Shown piece after piece: positions 15,996-24,600 of a DNA stretch of 64,000 bases. A program made the position numbers and the translations under genes. The notes below the pieces were generated by a model. The model worked only from the letters and a program-made list of their open reading frames with translations, ran no database searches and had not been told where the DNA came from. This DNA is from a virus. Each line of letters opens with the position of its first letter. Positions within the stretch are counted from its first letter, which is position 1. Where the stretch lies: the IMG/VR virus record IMGVR_UViG_3300016445_000001. The stretch is one strand, 5' to 3'.

Positions 15996-16852
15996 TCGTT
16001 GCTCGTGTAGAACACCCAGCCGACCGGCATCTTGGCGTCCTGCTCGGCGTCAAGGTCAGTCTGCGTGACGTTCTGGACCATGTGGGTCCACACGGTCAGC
16101 ACCTGGCTGTTGCGCAGCGCGGCCAGCTCCTTCATCGAGGTGGCCTGGGTGAGCACGTGCCGGTAGGGGCCGCCTGGCTTGGGCTGGGTGGTGGTGAACG
16201 GCCGGGCCACCTGGGCGGGCGCGGTGGAGTGGTGAGGCGGGCTGGCGTAGGTGAGCCCGAACATGTTCTCCAGGTCGGCCTGGCTCATGCCGTCGGCGCT
16301 GTTCAGGTCCGAGCTGCCAAACGGCGGGGTGTTGGCGTTGTCCATGAACTGGTGCGCGAACTTGCCCGGGTAAGACGGGTTGGAGCCGTAGGCGGCGACC
16401 ACCAGCCGGATGCCCTGCGGTTTCTGCGGCCACAGCGCGTTCAGGTCGGAGGTGTTGCCGTAGCCGACCACCCGCCGCTTGTCACCCAGCCACCGGGCCA
16501 GCTCCTCGTACTGGGCGTTGATCGCGGCGGACTGGTTGCCGCCGATCTGCCCGCCCGCGGACTCCACGTCGATCATCACGGTGAGCTTGGGGTCCGGGTG
16601 GCCCACCCGCTGCATCAGCAGCCCGGCCCCGTTGAAGCCCGGCCGGTAGAAGTAGTAGACCATGAAGCCCCACAGCTTGCCGCTGTGAACCGCGCCGCGA
16701 GCCCAGGCCAGGTTCTGCGGGAAATGATGGTCCTCGTAGCTGCCATCGTTGGACCGGAAGCACAGGAACTGGTGCGGATACCTGTTGTCTACCGGGATCT
16801 GAAACTCGCTGACGTCCGACCAGAGCGTGTCAACCACAGCGGCTCCCGCCAC
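15992..16852 (-). CDS. endolysin, GH25-like (TIM-barrel lysozyme-type) with C-terminal extra domain
   Basis: WSDVSEFQ...FLCFRSNDGSYEDHHF...MVYYFYRPG...MIDVES pattern resembles GH25/DUF1906-type muramidases. Sits after the tail genes next to small membrane proteins. Confidence 0.6.
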   Translation of the reverse strand: MAGAAVVDTLWSDVSEFQIPVDNRYPHQFLCFRSNDGSYEDHHFPQNLAWARGAVHSGKLWGFMVYYFYRPGFNGAGLLMQRVGHPDPKLTVMIDVESAGGQIGGNQSAAINAQYEELARWLGDKRRVVGYGNTSDLNALWPQKPQGIRLVVAAYGSNPSYPGKFAHQFMDNANTPPFGSSDLNSADGMSQADLENMFGLTYASPPHHSTAPAQVARPFTTTQPKPGGPYRHVLTQATSMKELAALRNSQVLTVWTHMVQNVTQTDLDAEQDAKMPVGWVFYTSNE

Positions 16853-16894
16853 CCAGGCGGGGACTGGCTTGGCTTGCCGCCCAGTATTGCACCG

Positions 16895-17056
16895 TCACCG
16901 GCCTGTGTTACAGCCCACCACGATCAAATGCTCGGTGACCGCCAGGTGACAGACCTGCATCCGCAGCACGTGGACGTCATCGAGGAGCGACCAGATCACG
17001 ATCGCCTGGAGCACGCACGCGGTGGCGACCGCGCAGAAGATCAGCACCACCGCCAC
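16895..17056 (-). CDS. small single-TM protein (holin-like candidate, start uncertain)
   Basis: GTG 17056 inside ORF 16895..17167. Hydrophobic AVVLIFCAVATACVLQAIVIW. No clear RBS. Confidence 0.3.
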   Translation of the reverse strand: MAVVLIFCAVATACVLQAIVIWSLLDDVHVLRMQVCHLAVTEHLIVVGCNTGR

Positions 17057-17073
17057 CCAGGCCCAGCCCGGGA

Positions 17074-17370
17074 TCAGTGATAGGACTTGAGATGCAGGAA
17101 CGCGATCACGGCGGTGGTGAGCAGGGGCAGCACCAGGCTCCCGATGAAGATCATTACCAGCGCCCACGTGCGCTCCCTCCTTGACGCCTCCGCGCCCGCC
17201 TCGGACTTGCCCGCCGACTCCAGCGCGGTGATCCGGGCGGACAGCGCCTCGTGCTCCTGCTCAGCACCGCGCAGCCCCTCCAGCTCGTGCTCGGCGTTGC
17301 CGAGCCGCCGATCGTTCTCGCGCTGGGTGGCGTCGAACAGATCCCGGGTGACCGGGCTGCCGTTGGTCAT
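17074..17370 (-). CDS. coiled-coil protein with C-terminal TM anchor (lysis-associated candidate)
   Basis: 98 aa. Helical charged N-terminus, then TWALVMIFIGSLVLPLLTTAVIAFL. Immediately upstream of the endolysin. Confidence 0.5.
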   Translation of the reverse strand: MTNGSPVTRDLFDATQRENDRRLGNAEHELEGLRGAEQEHEALSARITALESAGKSEAGAEASRRERTWALVMIFIGSLVLPLLTTAVIAFLHLKSYH

Positions 17371-17675
17371 ATCGGGCCAATGACCTGCTTGATGTTGACC
17401 AGGTAGTCATGCGCCCCGGTCGGCTGCGGGTAGCCAGCAGGGGGCAGCCCGTTGTAGATGATCGCCCGCGCGGCCATCCCGTCGGCGTAGGCGCTGCGCA
17501 GGAACGTGACATCCTGGGCGGTGAAGCCCATCGCCTCCAGCGTCGGATCGTCCTGGGCGGCCAGCCAGTTCTGGAAGTTGGACATATCATCCATCGCCTG
17601 CCGCCACCGCAGGAAGATGTCCTGGGTGCGGTTCATGATGTTGGGCTGGCTGGCGTTGTCAGCAAACATGATCAT
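17367..17675 (-). CDS. hypothetical protein
   Basis: ATG 17675 at a TGATCATG junction with the fibre gene stop. 102 aa. Confidence 0.55.
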   Translation of the reverse strand: MIMFADNASQPNIMNRTQDIFLRWRQAMDDMSNFQNWLAAQDDPTLEAMGFTAQDVTFLRSAYADGMAARAIIYNGLPPAGYPQPTGAHDYLVNIKQVIGPI

Positions 17676-19987
17676 CCAATCTGCGTGAGGGACATCCGCG
17701 AGCCCGAGAAGATCCGGGTATTGGTGCCCGAGCTGGTGCCCTGCGCCCACCAGAACTGGACCGGGCCGGCCACCGAGCCCATGAACACGGTGCCGACGAT
17801 CTGGAAGCCCCACGCCGGGTTGGCGGTGCCGTTGGTGTAGGCGATCTTGGTGGGCGCGATGTAGGACGTCTCGTTGTAGACCGGGGCGTTGGAGGTGTTC
17901 ATGTAGACCGGGACGAGCCAGTCGATCTCGGTGCCGCTCGGGCTCACCATCGTGAACTTGAGATTGGAGCCGCCGCTGGCCGCGCCGCTGTAAAAGATCA
18001 CCATGTCCAGGTCGTAGATCGCGTTGGCCAGGCAGTTGATCGACAGGTACGGGTCCGCGGCCAGGGTGGTGGTGGACGCCCGCCCGTAGCTGGTCGCGCC
18101 GGACGGCGCGTAGCCCGCCATCGTCATCAGGTTGAGCCCGTTGCCGTAGATCGCTGGCGTGTTGCCGGTCGGCACCGACTGGAGCAGCAGCGCGGAGGCG
18201 ACGTCGGTGGAGAGCGTCTTGGGCGAGGTGAGCTGGAGCTGCTCAGCAGCGGGGGCCTGCACCTGTCCCGGTGCGCTCTCCCCGGCCTGGCCCTGGAGCT
18301 TGATGGTGGTGTTGTTGAACACCTCAAACCCGGCCGGGCACGCCAGGCCCAGCAACGGGTCTGTGCTGGCGAGCCCGCACAGCGAGGCGACCAGGCTGTT
18401 TCCGGTCGGGGTGAAGGTGAGCCGCAGCCATCCCGGCTGCCCGTAGGCCCCGACGTGGCCACCGGACGGGCCGGCCCCGCCACCGCCGCCGTAGCCGCCG
18501 CCGACGTCCCCGGAGTCGTTCAGCGAGCCGCCGCCGAAGCCGTTGCCCCCGGAGCCGCCACCCGGCACGGCGGACGCGCCGTAGCCGGTGTTCGGCGCAT
18601 TGTTGCCAGACGCCGACGGGCCGGCCGAGCCGCCCCCGCCACCGCCGTGACCGGATGGGCCGCCGTTGACCGTCGGCGCATAGCCGAGCCCGCCCGGGTG
18701 GTGGGTGGTGTTGGTCGAGTAGACCGGCGTGGCGTGGCTGCCGGTAGTGAGCCCGCCGCGCCCGCCGTTGGCCACCAGGCTGACCGCATCGCCGGGGAAC
18801 ACGATCTGCCCGCCGTTACCGCCGTTGACGCTGCCGAGGATGCCCTGCCCGCCAGGTGACCCGATCGTGAAGGCGTACCCGCGGCCGGGGGTCACGGCCA
18901 GGCTGGGCTCCAGGCTGTACTCACCGCCGTCACCTCCGCCGGCCTTGGTGGTGGAGGTGCCGTAGGCCCCGCCGCCACCGGGGGCCAGGCCCTCGGTCCG
19001 CACCGTGGTGACGCCGGGCGGGGCGATCCAGGTGCCGCTGGCGTAGAAGGTCTGCGTCGTGGTGCCGCCCTGGCTGTAGGCGTAGATGCCACCCGTGGTC
19101 CCCGAGATCAGCAGGTTGGAGGCGTTGATCGTGGTGCCGTTGATCGTCAGCCCGTTGATCGTCATGCCGTCGATCGCGCCCGCGGCGACCAGCCCGGCGA
19201 CGATCTGGTTGCCCGCGATCAGGTCGGAGGTGATCGAGCTGGCGACGATCGCATTGTGGCCGAACTGGTAGGGCAGCCACGCGGTCCCGTTCCATTGGTT
19301 CATCACGTAGCCGTTGGTCGCGTCGAACCACAGGTCGCCCGGGTTGGGCGCACCGGGCGGGTTGGGTCCGATGGCCACGTTGACGCCACCGGGCGTGGCG
19401 ATCTGGAAGGTGACCATGCCCGGGGTGATCGAGGACGGCGGGATCTGGTCCACCACGCCCTGAGCTATCGCGGACATGTAGTCCGACGTCGGCCCCTGCA
19501 TGCCGGCCTGGTTGGTGACGATGAACAGGACGTAGTAGAGCGTGTCCGGGGTGAGCCCGGTGATCTGCCGGGTGCCCGCGGTGCCCATCAGGAACTGGAG
19601 CGTGGCCGAGCCCGGGATGAAATTGGCCTGGGTCGAGCAGTGGACTTGGACGCCGGCGAAGTCGGCCAGCGGCGGGGAGCCGTCGGACATGTTGCCGTCC
19701 CAGCTCACGTTCAGCCCGTTGACCGCGGGGTAGAGCACCGGGTCCGACGGCTGCGGGGGCGTGCTGCCGGTGAGCTGGAGGTGGGCGAACGTGCCGTCGG
19801 CCTGGAGCCCGAGGATGATCTGCGGGTTGCCGTTGGCGTCGTTGATCGTCAGCGCGCCGTTCTCGATCGAGGACTGGTCGAGCTGGGTGCTGTTCGCGCC
19901 GCGCTCCAGCATGGTGATCCGCCGCTGGAGCGTGGCCAGCTCGCGGGACAGCCGCAGCATCTCGGTGCCCAGGTTCGGTGTCGTCAC
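17672..19987 (-). CDS. minor tail / tail fibre protein with FN3-like and glycine-rich domains
   Basis: 771 aa, GTG overlaps the upstream TGA. N-terminal coiled coil, FN3-like segment (LNVSWDG...LTPDTLYYVLFIV), long Gly-rich tract (GGGGGGSAG...GGYGGGGGAG). Confidence 0.75.
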   Translation of the reverse strand: MTTPNLGTEMLRLSRELATLQRRITMLERGANSTQLDQSSIENGALTINDANGNPQIILGLQADGTFAHLQLTGSTPPQPSDPVLYPAVNGLNVSWDGNMSDGSPPLADFAGVQVHCSTQANFIPGSATLQFLMGTAGTRQITGLTPDTLYYVLFIVTNQAGMQGPTSDYMSAIAQGVVDQIPPSSITPGMVTFQIATPGGVNVAIGPNPPGAPNPGDLWFDATNGYVMNQWNGTAWLPYQFGHNAIVASSITSDLIAGNQIVAGLVAAGAIDGMTINGLTINGTTINASNLLISGTTGGIYAYSQGGTTTQTFYASGTWIAPPGVTTVRTEGLAPGGGGAYGTSTTKAGGGDGGEYSLEPSLAVTPGRGYAFTIGSPGGQGILGSVNGGNGGQIVFPGDAVSLVANGGRGGLTTGSHATPVYSTNTTHHPGGLGYAPTVNGGPSGHGGGGGGSAGPSASGNNAPNTGYGASAVPGGGSGGNGFGGGSLNDSGDVGGGYGGGGGAGPSGGHVGAYGQPGWLRLTFTPTGNSLVASLCGLASTDPLLGLACPAGFEVFNNTTIKLQGQAGESAPGQVQAPAAEQLQLTSPKTLSTDVASALLLQSVPTGNTPAIYGNGLNLMTMAGYAPSGATSYGRASTTTLAADPYLSINCLANAIYDLDMVIFYSGAASGGSNLKFTMVSPSGTEIDWLVPVYMNTSNAPVYNETSYIAPTKIAYTNGTANPAWGFQIVGTVFMGSVAGPVQFWWAQGTSSGTNTRIFSGSRMSLTQIG

Positions 19988-21684
19988 ATCGTCCCCGCCT
20001 GCCCGCTCTGCGCCAGGTAGGTGAAGCTGTCCGACCTGGCGCACGTGAGCGTGATGATGTCCTCCTGCGGGTTCTGGCTCATGGAGGTGATCCGGCACCA
20101 GATCCCGGCGTTGCGCCACCCGGTGGCCATCGTGACCAAAATGTCATCGCCGCACCTGAACGAGCCAAAGGGCGCGTTCGGGTGGTTCTTCACCACCACC
20201 GTCTGCGGCGTGTCGATGGCGATCCGGCTGGTGAGGATCGCCTGCGCCCGGGACTGGAGCCGGGCCTGGGTGCGGATGGTCTGGTCGGTGTAGACGAACA
20301 CCCGGCGCAGCGTGTTGTTGGGCGTGCCGATCTGGGCGCGGACCTGGAGGCTGCCCTGCCCCGCGCCGAGCCCAACCACCTCGTTGGCGTAGACCGAGCC
20401 GTCCCGGCTGCCCTGCACGGGCACCGTGATGTTCTCCCCCTCGGCGAACCGCAGCGACGTCTGCCGGACGCCGATCCGCGGGACGCCGAAGTGCAGCGCG
20501 TGCTTGACGCCCTGCCGGGTGGCGTCGGTCCATGTGTGCTGCTCGTAGAAGTCGAACACCGCCTCGGTGGCGATGTTGCCGATCTCCTGGCCGATGTCTG
20601 TGCTGTTCCACCAGTCGAGGACGAACGGGGTGGGCACGTTGGAGCCCGGCCCGCCCTGGATCACCTTGGTGCCCGCGTTGTGGTCGCCGCGGATCGCCGA
20701 CCCGAGGGTGAACACGTTCTTGCTGATCTTGGAGATCGAGTACCAGTTGTTGCTGTCGGCCAGGTTGACCTGGCTGGAGGTGGTGAATCCGGTGGGGTTG
20801 TTGACGGTGATCGTGGTCGAGCCGTCCCTGGCCCGCACCGCCAGGTTGGTGCTCATGAACTGGTTGGACTGGAGCTGCGCGCCGAGCAGCACGCCCGCCT
20901 TGGTGGCATCGAGGACCAGTCCGATGTTGCCGCCCGGCTGGGCCTGCACCCAGGCCCACAGCATCCGCACCACGTCCAGCGCGTCGATCTGCACCTGGCT
21001 GTAGTTGGAGCCCTCGTAGATGATCCCGTTGGCGTAGCCGACGAATCCGGTGAAGGTCGGCGTCCAGGCCGGCCCGTTGTAGGTGGAGGCGGTGAGGATG
21101 CCGCCGAACTTGATCTCGCTGTTCTCCTCCAGGTAGCACGCGGTCTGCCACTCGGTGGGCAGCGGGTTGCCGGTGGAGTCGAGCAGCTCCCGCCGTGGCG
21201 GCTGCACCTGGCAGGAGAACGTGTCCGGCTGGTCCAGGTTCCAGGTGATGTTGGGCTGCTGGATGGCCCGCAGGTCCCGGGTGATCCACGCGCCGGTGAT
21301 CAGGTTCTGGAGGTGCATCCTCGGCATGGTGGGGTTGATGAACGCCTGCGGCGCGGCGCGGGCGTAGAACGCCGGGGTAGGCGCGGGCGCGGTGCCCTTG
21401 ACCACCAGCAGGCCCTCCCACGCGCCCGCTGCCTCGCGGGTGGCGAGGGCGAACGCCTGGGACACGGTGAAGCTGTAGCCGGGGATGTCATCGACCGCGG
21501 CGGCGGTGTCGAACGTGCTGGGCGTCTCGGCGACCGCCAGGCCCCCGGTGTTCTGGTCATCGAGCGCCGCGGCGTCATCGAACACCTGGATCAGGTTGGG
21601 GCTGGAGACAGCCAGGCCGCCCTGGTCCGACGCTGCCGCGCTGTCGGTCAGCGTGATGTTGTGGTAGCCGCCGCCGTCGGGCAT
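19984..21684 (-). CDS. minor tail protein
   Basis: 566 aa in the tail gene string. Start overlaps the stop of the giant gene. Confidence 0.65.
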   Translation of the reverse strand: MPDGGGYHNITLTDSAAASDQGGLAVSSPNLIQVFDDAAALDDQNTGGLAVAETPSTFDTAAAVDDIPGYSFTVSQAFALATREAAGAWEGLLVVKGTAPAPTPAFYARAAPQAFINPTMPRMHLQNLITGAWITRDLRAIQQPNITWNLDQPDTFSCQVQPPRRELLDSTGNPLPTEWQTACYLEENSEIKFGGILTASTYNGPAWTPTFTGFVGYANGIIYEGSNYSQVQIDALDVVRMLWAWVQAQPGGNIGLVLDATKAGVLLGAQLQSNQFMSTNLAVRARDGSTTITVNNPTGFTTSSQVNLADSNNWYSISKISKNVFTLGSAIRGDHNAGTKVIQGGPGSNVPTPFVLDWWNSTDIGQEIGNIATEAVFDFYEQHTWTDATRQGVKHALHFGVPRIGVRQTSLRFAEGENITVPVQGSRDGSVYANEVVGLGAGQGSLQVRAQIGTPNNTLRRVFVYTDQTIRTQARLQSRAQAILTSRIAIDTPQTVVVKNHPNAPFGSFRCGDDILVTMATGWRNAGIWCRITSMSQNPQEDIITLTCARSDSFTYLAQSGQAGTM

Positions 21685-24600
21685 CAGTACACCGGCTGCT
21701 GCCCGACGAACGCCCGGACCGTCTCAGTCGCGGTGTCCACCTCGGACCACACGTCGTAGGTCTGGCCCGCCTGCAACGGCACCAGGCCCCCGCTGCTGGC
21801 CGGGCCAACCGAGCACTGCGCGATGAAGCCCTTGTAACGCCCGGTGGGCGGCAGCCACACGGCGTCAAACCAGGTGACCGGCTCGGCGGGGGCCTGCTCG
21901 TTCATCGAGGACAGCGGCACGGCGAACCGCACCGGGTAGGGGGCAACCGTCGGATCGTCTACCTCGCCGCCGAGATCGGAGTCCCACTTGACGTTGATCA
22001 TCTGCTGGCTGACAGCAGCGATCGGCTTGAAGGCGGCCATGATCACCCTCCACTGTGCCTGGGCAAGGACGGCAGCCCAGCGGGGAGGGCTGCTAACAGC
22101 CTGCCACCGGGATGCGGCCGGTGCCACGGTCCAGGTGCGCAGAGCTGGGCGCGCGAGCAGCGCGGTGCCGCCGCTGCCCGCCCGCCAGGCCGGGCTGTCC
22201 CCGTTGGGGTGCCAGGCGGGCTCTCCCGCGCCGGGCTCGGCGGCGGGCTCGGCGGGCTCGGCGTGCCAGCGTGCGCCCGCTGCTGTGGCGCTCCACCGGG
22301 CCGGGCCGGGGGTGGCCCGCCAAGCCAGCACCCCCGGCCCGGCTGTCCATGTGGGCGATGGGACGAGCGCGGCCGGGACGGCTGCGAAATCGTCCACCGC
22401 GGCGGCCTGGTCGCCGCTGAACGTGTCCAGCGCGGCCTGCACCACAAGGCTGTCACTGGCTGCTGCACGGTCCTGACTGCCTGTCACTGCCGACGCGCTG
22501 AGAGCCTCTGTGACGGCTCCGGTGTCGGGGAGGTGCGGCTGTGCCGAGATGGCCTCTGTGAGCGCCTCAGCCGCCGTGCCCGCGTCCGCCAGGCCCAGTT
22601 GCGCGGAGACGCCCTCCGCGTCCGCGGCTGCCGCGGAATCGGCCAGGGCGACCGCCTCGCCGACGGCGACCGCGATACCGTCGGCAGCACCAGCCAGGTC
22701 GGGGACGCCCGTGGAGGCGGCCGGCACCAGTGTCTCCGCAACAGCCCCCATGTCGGCGGCCTGGCTGGCCACACCGACCCCGAGGTTGGCCACGCCCGAG
22801 CCCGCGTCCGGGTAGGCCACCTGAGCGCCGACCACCACCGTGAGAGAATCGGCGGCACCGGCCTGGTCGCCGGCAGGTGCCGTTACCGCTGCTGTCGCTG
22901 CATCTGTCGCGCCCGCCTGCTCGGCCGCTGGGACGGTAGCTGCCACGGCTAGCAGGTCGGTTGCCCCCGGCTGATCAGCCAGCGTCACCGCAGCGCCGAC
23001 CACGACGCTGAGGGTGTCGGCAGCGCCAGCCTGGTCGGTGGCCCCGGACGCCACTACCGCCGTGAGGGCGTCCGCCGCGGCGGCCTGGTCACCGGCCGGG
23101 CTGGACACGCCCGCTGCTAGCTGCTCGCCAGCTCCTGCCTGTTCGGCGAAAGCGACCGCCTCGCCCACCACCGGGCTGATAGCGTCTGCGGCACTGCCCT
23201 GGTCGGTGAGGCTGACCGTGGCCGTCGGCGCAAGCAGGTCGGCCGCGGCCCCCGCATCACCGGCCGGGGCAGCTACGGTCACGGTGCTAGCGTCGGTAGC
23301 TGCTGCGCTGTCGCCGAGCCCCACCGGAGCGCCCAGTGCGAGCCCGTCGGCCGCAGCACCAGCGTCCGGCAGCGGGAGCGTCCGGGCTGGCGTGTTCAGC
23401 GCGTCCAGCGCCGTCCCCGCCTCGGCCAGCGGCGTGGCAGCAGACACGGCCGGTGTATCTGCTGCCGCCGCGGAGTCCACGAGCGCCACGGTGACTGTGA
23501 CCGCGAGCTGCTCGGCAGCAGCGGCCAGCTCGGGCAGCGGCGCGGCGACCGCGGTGAGCTGAGCGGAGATCCCGTCGGCGGCTGCGGCCCGCTCACCCAC
23601 CGGCACAGCAGCAGAGACGCCCTGCTGATCGGCCCCGGCTGCGGTGTCGGGAAGTGCGGCGGCCACAGTGACCGCGAGCTGCTCGGCCGCGCCCGCCTGG
23701 TCACCCAGCAGGGTGTTGCTGCCCTGCGCAACGGCCAGGGTGTCGGCACCGCCCGCCGTCTCGGGCAGGCCCAGCACCTCGGCGGGCAGCGGCAGCGCGT
23801 CCGCGCCGGCCGCCTGCTCGGGCAGCGGTACGCTGGCGCTCGCCACCGACGCCTCTGCGCTTGCGCCAGCCTCGGCGAGCTGCGCGGTAGCGTTCGCCGA
23901 CCTGCTGTCTGCCGCCGCAGCGGCGTCGGTAACAGCCAGGTTGGCCGCCACCACCGTGGCCTCTGCTGCCGCAGCAGCATCTGCGAGAGTAACCGCGGCA
24001 GTGACGGCCACCTGGTCGGCCCCGGCCGCCTGGTCGGGCACCGGCATCGCCTGGGCCGGGACGGCGAGCGCGTCGGCACCGGCCGCGGCATCGGCCGGGA
24101 CCAGCGTCTGCGCCGGGACGGCGAGGACGTCAGTGGCACCGCCGGCGTCGGCCGGGGTGATCACCGTGAGCGGCGCGGCCAGCGGGAACGTGTAGACCAC
24201 CACGTACCACTGGGCGCTGGTGATCGTGGCGGCGAAGTTCTGCGCCACGCCGTTGGTGCCCGTGCCGAGCTGGTCGAACGCCGCGCTGTTGTAGGGGTTG
24301 ACCCCGGAGTGGTAGGTGGTCACCAGGCTGAACGGCGCGGTGATCGCCGGTGCGCCGCCCGCGTTGGCGTTGGCCAGCAGCGCCACGCACATCTCACTAT
24401 CGGCGCGCGGGGTGAAGCCCCGGGCCGGCGCGGTGCTGCTGCCGTTGCCGATCGAGCTGATGATGTCCACGGCCCCGACGCCGGGCACGTCGATCAGCAG
24501 GATCTCCACGTTGCCGGTGGAGGCGGCCGACGTCGCGGTGAGCGTGTCCGAGGTGCCCAGCGCCGCCGTCGGCCCGCCGCCAGGCCCGCCCGTGGCACCC

